A DNA stretch of 60,171 nucleotides, filler included, from Dugesia japonica (taxonomy: Eukaryota), in assembly GCA_001938525.1 (NCBI GenBank). It is 6 parts of 6 records of this genome, joined end to end, with 100 filler letters (N's around TTAATTAATTAA, not from the genome) between each part and the next. Parts side by side here need not be neighbours in the genome. Positions count along the whole stretch, not along the records: positions 49,124 to 60,171 come from MQRL01593404.1; 5 more parts are not named here. The stretch is one strand, 5' to 3'. Within the stretch, counting starts at the first letter, position 1. The number at the start of each line of letters is the position of its first letter. The notes beneath the pieces are model-generated. The model was given only the letters and a program-made list of their open reading frames with translations, searched no databases and was not told the DNA's origin. Positions 50,580 to 60,171 of the stretch are shown piece after piece. A program made the position numbers and the translations under genes.

Positions 50580-50998
50580 TTTTCAAATACTGTTTCATGA
50601 CCTCTCATTCGTTTGTTTATATGTGAACCATGAGATGTCTTACGTTTTCTACTATTTTGTGGTGTTTGTACTTGATTTGATAGCATATTAGTTATTTTAG
50701 ATGGTATTTTATTAGTTATACTTTGAGGTAATATGTTTGCTACTTTTAGAATCATACTGGTTACTCCGTTAGGTAATGATGACATAACATTTCCAAGCTC
50801 AGCGAATGCATTTGATTTCAATGTGGTTAATATTTTTCCATCATTACCTAGTACATCCTTAGGGGTTTTCATACCAAAATAACTAATACGTTTAAGAGTA
50901 GACAAAGCAAATCTCCCTATTGTTCGTAACCAACCAGATCCATATTGTTTTCCAAAAAAGTAAGGTAATTCTCCACCTGCTTGACTAGTACTATACAT
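50576..50998 (-). CDS. Polinton core-like protein (QAGG / QYGSG putative cleavage motifs)
   Basis: SQAGGELPYF.GKQYGSGWLRTIGRFAL; typical position between penton and major capsid. Confidence 0.7.
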   Translation of the reverse strand: MYSTSQAGGELPYFFGKQYGSGWLRTIGRFALSTLKRISYFGMKTPKDVLGNDGKILTTLKSNAFAELGNVMSSLPNGVTSMILKVANILPQSITNKIPSKITNMLSNQVQTPQNSRKRKTSHGSHINKRMRGHETVFEK

Positions 50999-52024
50999 TG
51001 AAATAATATAAGTTTAGTTTTATAAAATGTAAAGTTAAATGAGTTTTTGAAGGTTTTGGAAAGTTGATTAATTTTCCGTTATCATTTCGTATATTAATTT
51101 CTAAATTGTTTATACATGATGTTGCAATAGGTAAATACATTAGATTCTCGACTATTATTTGCACTACCTCATCAGTTTCATGCTTTTCTATCCATATTGC
51201 TTTCAATAAAAGTACACTAACATCTCCAACAATTATAGGTTCAAAAAGACTATTGTAGATGAATACTTGCTGATGTAATTTCATTACATCATTTACACAT
51301 TTTTGACTTGGTAATAGCTTTGAACTGACCTCCCTTCATATCTTCAGGAGAATAATGTTGTTTGTCTAATCCCAATGTTTTTGTCAAGACATTATCAAAT
51401 ATAACGTCATCTTGTAGCTCGAATTCAAAATATTTATCCGCATTTATAAGACATTTCTTAAATAGTTGAGTACAATTTTAGGTCAAATATTTACTTAATT
51501 GTTCCAATTCTGATATGTATATATCATCTTTAAACTGAAAATTATGATAATTCACCATTGTATAAGCTACTTTAATTTTTACTTTTTGTACTGTGTCATC
51601 TTTTGTAAAGTTTGTATAGATATGACCAAATTTGTTTGATAATTTTTTAGATTTAAATCCTAATCTAAATGAGTGTGCGATATGTGCATCTTCAAATATG
51701 ACAACATATGGAAAATCACAATGAGATTATTTTCAAATATTTCAAAATGTTTTTTTAATCAACACTAAGGGTTTTTTCCTTGTTATTTATTGTTACAGTT
51801 ATTTCATTCAATATATTTTTTGCAGTCATATATTGAATTTTTGACTTGCCATATACCGGACATGGTGAATATAGAATGGTGAAGTCCATCATTGCAACTT
51901 CCCAACTACCATCCATATAAATTGGATTTTGTAGCTCGACAATGAAATTACTAGCATTATTCTCAGGATGAATAAGTAGACAGCTATTACTAGGTAAAAG
52001 TGTATATAAATTACTCGATTTCAT
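50991..52024 (-). pseudogene. Minor capsid (penton) protein
   Basis: YTLLPSNS...PENNASNF.V.L..PI..DGSWEVA; C-terminal FIY...P.IVGD...LL...YLPI...EINIRND.G...F...LTLHF. Confidence 0.85.
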
Positions 52025-53118
52025 CTAAACTTTCTTCCTGATTGACTATTTGTGATGCTAATATCCAACTTGGTTTTACGTATCCATACCACTTGACATA
52101 GTATTGTTTATTTTTTCCAGTTCTTTTTGATTTGATTATTGTTTTTATTCTATAAATCTCTAGTGGTGGAATGATTTGGAATTCTTGTTCATAGAAATTT
52201 CCTTGAACAATATTATCTTCTTAATCTTTAATAACATACACGACCGGATTTTGTTTCATGTTGATTTTTGTAATTTGAAAAACTTCATCACTTCAATAAC
52301 CATTGAAATTCTTGATAAATGGTGAAGATGATATCTTTGAGATTCTCACATGATACTTTATACTTTGGTTTTTTATTTACTTTTGAATGTTTTCGCGATA
52401 ACCATAACTTTAATTGATTGTTTGTACTTACATCAACAGGTCTTGCTTCATTTAATCTCTTATGGCCAGAATTATTATAATTATGAATAAGTTTCGGTAA
52501 AACATTTATCCAAGTCTTATTACCAACGTGTACAAAGTACTTTTTTAATGCACCTCTCAATGTGCGATTAAATCTCTCTATATGTGCAGCTTTATACTGA
52601 GAGAATATACTATAGTGGTTTATTTTTAGATGGTTTATAAATTGCTTGACATTGGAATTGTAAATTTCCTTACCCAGACCTCTTTGTAAATTATCTGAAT
52701 GTCCATTTTTAAACATTCACTTGATTGCTAGTTCCATATCATTAGCAGATTTTGATTTAACAGGAACAGCTCTTGCAAATCTACTGAATAAATCAATACA
52801 TGTCAAAATATATTTGTATCCTTTACAAAAATTTGAATATGGAATCATCCCTATTAGATCCATTTGTCATAAATCATCAATACCATATGTTTTATATGCT
52901 CTTGTTAGAAATCTTTTCAGCATCGGCTGTACGCTAGTTGTCCTGATAACCACTTTTTTGTCTTTCTTTTCGTTTTTTGAGATGCTTTCATCAACTTGTC
53001 TACGCCTCGAAAACCTGTTGGGGTTTTTGGATCCGTCCATATTGTCTTTAGTTTCCCCATTGCAACAATTCGATGCAAATTTAAAGTCAAAAATAGTTAA
53101 TAATTGCAATGCGTCCAT
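52011..53118 (-). pseudogene. rve integrase with C-terminal chromodomain
   Basis: YILTCIDLFSRFA, NLQ...GKEIYN, KAAHIERFNRTL, FYEQE, QYYVKWYGY..PSW. Confidence 0.9.
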
Positions 53119-53153
53119 TGTTTATTGATATATTGATCAAAAGCTTCAATTGT

Positions 53154-53465
53154 TTATTTGAAATGAGTTAAGCCTAATGCTGCTAATGCAATTGGTAGTA
53201 ATGCTGCTATAAATCCAACACCTTGATTATTTCGTATTACTTTCCTCATCAATTTCCTATTTTTAGTATTTAGATTTTTTTAATGTTTTTTTAATGTTTC
53301 CTTTTTAGCTTCGCTCAAATTCACATTACCACGAACAATATTTACAATAATCTCAAGTAAATCATCCATAACATATGGTGGAAATGATTCCAAAATTATC
53401 ATTCTCATTGATTTCGATGATGTAATCAAAGCAGTATAAAATGGAATACTTCTTTCTAATTTCAT
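53154..53465 (-). pseudogene. Conserved small Polinton virion protein (homolog of 18827-19150)
   Basis: LLEIIVNIVRGNV...KKH, then a frameshift to GFIAALLPIALAALG. Confidence 0.7.
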
Positions 53466-53500
53466 TATATTTCAATAACAGAGACATACCAGTTAATTGT

Positions 53501-53845
53501 TTATAATGTTATCCATTTTCCATTCATAAATTCCAGTTTCTTTCCAGTATTTTTTGCAAGTTTTTTAAACTTATTCAATTCATTATTCTTATTTGCATAT
53601 GGTTTCTTATTAGATCTCCATCTTCCATTCAACATTTTCAGTTTCTTTCCACTACTTTTTGAAAGTCTTTTAAACTTATTCAATTGATTTTTCATATTTG
53701 TGTTCGTTTTCTTATGAGATTGTTTCTTGTGAGATATTTTTATATAAGATTGATTTGTTTTTTTCTTCAAAACCAACCTTTTCCTTTGTTTAACAAGATC
53801 ACCATCAGTAACTGAATCAACTAAAATTTTCTTAAACTTTGCCAT
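53501..53845 (-). CDS. Basic protein with a duplicated ~24-aa module
   Basis: NQLNKFKRLSKSSGKKLKMLNGRW and NELNKFKKLAKNTGKKLEFMNGKW. Confidence 0.6.
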   Translation of the reverse strand: MAKFKKILVDSVTDGDLVKQRKRLVLKKKTNQSYIKISHKKQSHKKTNTNMKNQLNKFKRLSKSSGKKLKMLNGRWRSNKKPYANKNNELNKFKKLAKNTGKKLEFMNGKWITL

Positions 53846-53864
53846 TTTATATAATTATATAAAA

Positions 53865-54091
53865 AGTACCTATTTTGTTTATATACCATTAAGGTTGAAT
53901 AAATCTGTTCTCACAATAATCATCTGTAAATTGTTGTGTAAAGTCAAGAAATAGATCTCCATGTGGTGTTTCTGTTGCATCTTTAAATGATTCAATAAGA
54001 AATTGTCTGTTATTTGGATATGCTTGTCTTGCTAGAAAATCAACAACAGTTTGATCTCTAGGATTTTTGAATAGAACCAAATACTAAACGT
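53865..54091 (-). pseudogene. Packaging ATPase C-terminal fragment
   Basis: LVLFKNPRD...FLARQAYP...DAT..PHG.LFLDFTQ; the N-terminus is missing. Confidence 0.85.
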
Positions 54092-54294
54092 TTAAATTGC
54101 AACGTTTAAAATGCAACTCAGTTGCAACACACAAACACTGAAAATCACGCGCTTATGAATTTTAGACTCCCTCATACCTCTCCCTCCCTCGTAGACTCTC
54201 TCGTCCCTTGCAAAATATCTCTTACATAAATAAATAAATTTAATTAAATTTAATTTAATTATAATAAAAAGATTTATCCCCATTCCAATGAAAA

Positions 54295-54384
54295 TTTTCC
54301 AACCAAAATATTATTTTGAATTTCCCACCAAAAATATTTTTTTGAATTTCCCGCCAAAAATATTTTTTTTGAATTTCCCGCCAA
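54295..54384. promoter_or_regulatory. 26-27-bp tandem repeat with E2F-type TTTCCCGCC sites
   Basis: TTTCCCGCC at 54347 and 54374, variants at 54321 and 54295; the array runs into an assembly gap. Confidence 0.55.
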
Positions 54385-55121
54385 NNNNNNNNNNNNNNNN
54401 NNNNNNNNNNNNNNNNNNNNNNNNNNNNNNNNNNNNNNNNNNNNNNNNNNNNNNNNNNNNNNNNNNNNNNNNNNNNNNCGAAAAAATAACCAAAAATACA
54501 TCAAATACTCAAAAATAACATTACTTTCATTAAATTCATCAAATTAAGCAATTTACAGCATTTTTAACCAAATTAAATATTTCAAAAAATCATGACGTCA
54601 TAACCAACCGACAGAAAAATTTCAAATAAATCTTATAAAATCCGATAATTAATTCTCTTTCCACACATATCAACCTCAACCTCACGAAAAAAAATTTAAC
54701 ACACTTATACTACTTACAAAATAAACCAATCAAAATCGCATTACCTCTCTAACAACACATCAACCAACAAATTCCATTAACAACATACAAACCCTGTAGG
54801 ACGAACCATCCATCCAAACTCATAAGTTCTTAAGACACTATATAGACCAAATTTTTGTCCAACAACTAACAAATCTTCAAAACAACAAAAAAAATGATCT
54901 CCATGATCTCCAACTCCTCCTCTTCGTTTTTCCCAGTCTTTTACACACACCCACAAACATAAGTTGACCTACTTTTTTAAAACCACCTTAGCAACCCAAA
55001 CACATACAAAATTTAAAATTTAAAAATACACACACACACTTTCAGGATAAAAAAAATCTTAGAAAAATAAACGAGCACAAAAATCATGTCTTAAAAAAAC
55101 GTGTGCCACTATCTACCTACT

Positions 55122-56018
55122 TACTTTCTCATATCCATCGTTTGTATTGACTTTTTTTTATCTGCAATTGCATAAATTCGATAATATCGGTTTCTTGGCC
55201 CTCCATTATTCACAAATTTCTCGGTAGTTCTTTTCATTTTCAAATTTGTTTAACACTCTTCTGTCTTATGTTCACCATTTCCACATCTTTTACTTTTCAC
55301 CTCTTGACATAAGCTTCTAACATGGCCCACCTTTCCACAACCAATCTTATTATTATTTCATTATGACCAATCTTATGTCGTAACTAACATTCAATATTTA
55401 TTTTTTTGTTTCTTTATTCTAAATGTATACTTACTGTATAATTTACAGGTTTCTCATAATTTCGACTTGTAACACTCGCGTAACTTCTAACCATATCAAC
55501 CTGGTCTCTGTTTTTCTCTACTCGATCAACTAACGTCATTGTTTCTTCAATTTCTTCTATATTCTGTCGTTTCCGCAAAGTCACTTCTTCAAATGTTTTG
55601 TTACCTGAACAATAAACTTGCATCTTTGCTACCATTTTTTCCTTTTTAAAATCTTAATTTGTAAATAATATTCCCACTAAATCTTTTACATTTTTAAAAT
55701 AAACTTGAATCTCTTCATTTCNNNGTCTGTAGTTAATCAAATTTTGAAGGTCTTTGATAAAATCTTTCTCTTTTTCAAATGCTGAACGCACAAAAGCCTG
55801 AAAACCTTCAACTTTGTTAACTTCTTTGAATATTCTTCCAACAAATCATCATCTAACAAACAAGGAACTAATCTCTCCTGTTGTTTCATGTTGGTAATTT
55901 TCATCTTTCAAGATATAATTCACACTACTTGATGAATTTTTCAATATCATCTCTTCTGCAGAACACATTCAGCAATAACCTATTTGTAATAGAATCGGTA
56001 TTTACCGCTGCTACCATG
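55122..56018 (-). mobile_element. Ty3/gypsy gag relic with zinc knuckles
   Basis: F.RRDDIEKFI..CE.Y; CGKVGHVRSLC; CGNGEHKTEEC; begins immediately after the Polinton terminus. Confidence 0.65.
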
Positions 56019-56437
56019 TTAGGTAAATCTTCAATTGATAATTTATTTTCGAAGTCACAACTATTTTACACATAATTTATTTCAATTTACACAACTTTTT
56101 CAATTATATAATTATATGAGAATAGAATTATAAAAAAATTTACCTGCAATTTAATTATTATCGTTATTATAATAATTAATTATCACTTTTATTAGGATTA
56201 TTGCTGTTCTGGTGTTAATATGATTATTACCATCATCGTTGTTTTATCCAATATTACTGTTATGGTTTCTACCTTTAAGAGTCTGCAGAACGTTATACTA
56301 GAACGAAGCCCCTCATTTTTAATCTAACACTCGTACTATTCGCATCAACGCTATAATTTCTCCTCACTCTTTGGATTAAGAATCTATCCGTAAAGTCTCA
56401 TACGTTCTTGATAAGTGTTTAATAATTTTATCTTCAG

Positions 56438-56614
56438 TAAATGATGTTCCGGATTATCCGCCACGAGAGAGAATTGGTGCGGTTATACCAATAATTAAGC
56501 CAACTTCTCCACCCCAACGCCGTCGAGTATCCAGACAAGACTGATCTGGCATGTTTCGCAGAAATTTTTCTGCTGGAAATCTCAGTATCTACTGATTTGT
56601 ATTTAGATGCATAG
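56438..56614 (+). pseudogene. Unknown cassette ORF B, copy 3
   Basis: tcttcag|TAA ATG. MMFRIIRHERELVRLYQ*LSQLLHPNAVEYPDKTDLACFAEIF...*; AATAAA at about 56636. Confidence 0.7.
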
Positions 56615-56695
56615 TGCGTTTTTTTTATAACACAAAATAAATTTTATCTATAGAATACTAATTTTATTAACTTATCGTATTCTTTTTTTTGTTAG

Positions 56696-56867
56696 TATGA
56701 ATCAACACTGGGTGCTTTATGATTTACTTGATGGTTCTATGGTCTTCCGAGGAGTGCCAAACACCCTACAACTGTGATGGGAAAATTCTTTGTGATAGGC
56801 AAAATATGCTCCTGTAAAACAAGACTAATCATCATTCAAATGATGCGGCTGAACGCTGGCTCTTCTA
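56696..56867 (+). pseudogene. Unknown cassette ORF C, copy 3, 5' part (interrupted by hAT; possible remainder at 58817-58940)
   Basis: ttgttag|T ATG. MNQHWVLYDLLDGSMVFR, PYNCDGKILCDRQN, DAAERWLFY. Confidence 0.6.
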
Positions 56868-58816
56868 CTATGGTTCTCATGAGGGGCCACAAAAAGATTT
56901 TGGTGCGGCCACCAACAGTTTCTTAGTAAATATTGATATTTAAAAAATGTGTTTTACAAATGAATTTGTAAAATTATTATTATTTTAAAATTGATTGAAT
57001 GCACCTGATTTATCCAGCATTTAGTTGAGTTACTCACTCCAAGTGACTCACAAAGCAATTTATGTATATGTGTTTGTTTGTGACCGAATATGGAAACAAT
57101 TGATGTCAGGATTTATTTAATACTTATCGTAATAGAAAGAAAGAGAGGGGAACAATTTTATGTAGTTGTTTTTGCGACAGATATTGGTATTTGTTTTTTC
57201 TAACTCGTTAGTAATCTGGAATTAGTCACAAACTGCAGTGCAGTGCAGTTATTCAGTCAGTCATCACGTGCACTTTTAATTTTGTAATCGCATCATTTTA
57301 TTAACGAGGGATTCTTCAAAGACATTCAAATATTAAGAAAGTGTATAAGGTTTTGACTGTTTTTTCTATATTTGGAAGAATCTGGAAATTATTGTATTTT
57401 GTATTTTTCTAATTTTAAAGGGAAATTGATACAACACTGTTAAAATGGATATAAAATTTATTTTATGAAAAAATGTTCAAAAGGATGAAAGTGGAGCAGG
57501 ATCCAGCAAAGATGTTAACAACAGTAGTGAAAATGCTTCGAAAATACTAGTTCCAACTAAGCGATGTCATACCTTTCTGGATGAGAAGAGAAAGTTTTAT
57601 AAAGAATGGGAAGAAATATATTTAATTGTGCACAATGAGAATGTACAAGACAATATAATTGCCGTGTGCGTGATTTGTAAAATTGAAATAAATCAAATTA
57701 AATCCTATGCTATGGAACGGCAATATAAAACACATAAAGATTAAGTACTAAAAAAATGGTCAACCCCAAACTTGAGCCAAAATTTAGTGGAAAATTTTAA
57801 AACTGAACTTTCTTCACAAAAAAAAGTAATGAGTACATTTCTATCATAAAATGATGATTTAATTCTGGGATCTCTCAAAGTTAGTTAATTATTTAGAAAA
57901 CATCGAAAACCATTCACAGAAGATGAATTTATAAAATCTGTAGTTTGGGAGTTGATCCTTAAAATAAACTATTTTGCAATAACAATAATAGAAACCGTGT
58001 TCATCATAGATAAATTAAAATACATCGCGAAAAGCTTGGCGACAGAAGTTGAAAATGATAATTTTTCGATTCTATTTTCTCTTAGCGATTTCCTTTATAA
58101 CTTGGCAGGCACTACTTCTAAATTAAAATTAAAGCATAAAATAATACAGTGTCTTCAATCCTTAAATCATGAACTTCATAAAAGGTTTGAAGACTTAAAT
58201 TTTTTAAAACTGTTTCTTTTATATCTTCCTCTTTTCAGATGATAAAAAATGAAAATTTTATAGCACTACAAAGAAGATTAATGTCATTTTCAGTATTAAA
58301 ATTAGTTAACTGAGCTAATGTGCTAGGCCAAATATGCATTATTAGAAATCAGTCATGATCAAGTACTTAAGGACCGTTTTAATATTATTACTGTTTAAAA
58401 TTTTTGGTCGAATTTATACCTTGATCTTGAATTAAGTTAATATTAAGAATTAGCAAAAATTGCTTTATTAATTTGTCGATTTTTCCTACAACTGTATACT
58501 GTGTAAGATCATTCAGTTTAATGCATTTTATAAAAAATTAATATCAAAACCAACTGACAGATTCAAACTTAGAAGCAACGATGCTGCTTGCATTGGAAGA
58601 GAGAACTGTTGAACGATTTCCATTTTTATCGGTTTTAAACAAATAAATACCAATATGTTCAAATAATGTATTTTATTTAATATAAACTTATAAGTTAATC
58701 AATTTTTTAGGAAATTCAACTGCTATTTTTTCACATTTGGTGTGGCCACGAGATATTTCTAAAAGACCGCTGATGTTTAAAATGCGGCCACAGTGAAATT
58801 TCACGTGAAAACACAG
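56868..58816 (+). mobile_element. hAT transposon (GTF2IRD2/EPM2AIP1-like), internally deleted
   Basis: FYKEWEEIY...CVICK...KSYAMERQYKTH, KPFTEDEFIK, SFSLM.FIK...LTDSNLE; imperfect TIRs and TGCGGCC subterminal motifs at both ends. Confidence 0.75.
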
Positions 58817-59046
58817 CACTACCACCATTGGCCCTCCAGTATTGCCGCACCAATAATGCATTTATCTGCTTTGGTGTCTTTCACTCTGCCGTTAACGGAA
58901 GACTTCAAAAACAATCCCTGACCGTCTTCGTGTTTAGTTAGTTGCAGAGCCTCATTTAAATTTTGTTTAATTTCAAGTCATATTCTCAGTTGATTTTTTG
59001 TTCAACTTTAAACTATATTATCAGGTATTGTTCGTTTATATTAAAG

Positions 59047-59389
59047 TGAGCAACTCTCGTGCAAAATCCTCGACATTCATCAGAGAGTTACAAGAGCATA
59101 AAGATGAACAAAAAATGTCTTGGAAGCTGTGCCATCTAGTAAAACGCCATATGAAAGCCTGAGTGGCTACAAAAAACGCTGCTTGAATTTCCGAGTGGAA
59201 ATGGCACATTCNTATGATNAAGAGCGATTGTTAAAAGCCCAGNTAGATACTTTTGTGGAACTATTAAGGCAGTTACATGATCATGAAATTTGTCTGGTTC
59301 AAGACTTGCTCAAATTACGAGCATGGTTACTATTTGAAACAGTATTAATTAATATCGGCAACCAAACTCACCTAAGAACTATAAACTGA
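59047..59389 (+). pseudogene. Unknown cassette ORF A, copy 3
   Basis: ttaaag|TG. MSWKLCHLVKR, then YKKRCLNFRVE...ER...DTFVELLRQLHDHEICLVQDLLKLR...IGNQTH aligns with copy 2. Confidence 0.7.
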
Positions 59390-59444
59390 TTAAGTTTTGT
59401 ACAATTATGATCTTATCTTTGTTTTTTGATTGAAAATTTCTAAG

Positions 59445-59800
59445 CGCACCAACTAACTACCATCATTTAACACTAGATGTCATCGTTTATTGCGAGACTT
59501 GCGGCTAGAACGCTAATACTATAAATCGATGTGAGAAAATGCTACTCAGACACATAAAACGCAAGAATATTTCATTTACCAGTTAGAGGCCACTTGCAAA
59601 TGTTAACTATTTACCGCACCACCTAATTTGTGACAGGCCAGTGTAATTTTCTGAATAAAGTTTTTATCTCTTAAAATCGTTTTATTCATTGAATCAGATA
59701 GTGCACTAGACGGATAATATTGAAACCGAATCAGAGGAACACGAGCACGCACTCGACTTATGTGTTAATTGACACCAGATCTGTTCTGAGGATCTAGTAT
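59445..59800 (+). pseudogene. Unknown cassette ORF D, copy 3 (decayed; end approximate)
   Basis: ttctaag| acceptor; RCHRLLRDLRLER and EKMLLRHIKRKN match 5469-5851. Confidence 0.55.
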
Positions 59801-60171
59801 ATGAACACAAAATTAAATTCTTAACAGGTTTCTACAAGGCGACTACACACCCAGTCGTAAAATAAAACATTTAGCCTAGGTGGAATCCTAACAGTATTAA
59901 TATTTTCATCATTTCTATCTTTTCCTCATTGACCTTACAGTTTAACTAACTTTATTTATTGTTTTTATATTGCAACATGCTAAATTCACTATTTAATTTA
60001 CTTCTTTTTTATACCGATTTAGATAGAGTGATTTTTTGATTTTTTTATTTTATATAATTATACCTTACTTAACTTATTTACTGCCTTTGTTTTATGCTCA
60101 AATAATTATTATATAGAATTTGATGGGTTTAGACTCATTTTTCTGATTATACTGTGGCTTATATTAATTTC

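Larger units (their letters stand above)
49124..55121 (-). mobile_element. Polinton/Maverick element, copy C: structural gene block and right terminus
   Basis: ATPase, basic protein, core-like protein, integrase, penton, core protein, major capsid and protease are co-oriented; ends ctatctacctact at 55121. Confidence 0.9.

Noticed and set aside
49124-55121. Claim that this Polinton family lacks a pPolB
   Set aside because: All copies are truncated or cut by scaffold ends (copy C within the protease), so absence cannot be inferred.

Overview
Very AT-rich animal genomic DNA; a flatworm/planarian origin is my inference from the (AAT)n tracts, ~46-nt introns and a cecropia-type mariner. The window is six scaffolds joined by artificial 100-nt spacers (44 N + TTAATTAATTAA + 44 N), so adjacency across the spacers is not trustworthy. 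The only clear host gene is a metabotropic glutamate receptor (class C GPCR), seen as two minus-strand exons. The rest is a nest of decayed mobile DNA: mariner, Tigger/pogo, two hAT elements, two Penelope-like elements with hammerhead ribozyme cores, and Ty3/gypsy relics. Two things stand out. (1) At least four endogenous Polinton/Maverick (adintovirus-like) elements from two lineages. One lineage has integrase, packaging ATPase, major and minor capsid, protease and core proteins, shares the terminus ...CTACCTACT-3', and in two copies also encodes a TATA-binding-protein homolog head-to-head with the ATPase plus an intron-containing gene; its subterminal regions carry arrays of host transcription-factor sites (AP-1, PAR-bZIP, E2F). 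The other lineage carries a parvovirus-like PLA2. (2) An unannotated four-ORF cassette (order B-C-A-D), each ORF with its own splice acceptor and stop, present in three diverged copies. Protein assignments come from manual translation and motif recognition; no searches were run.
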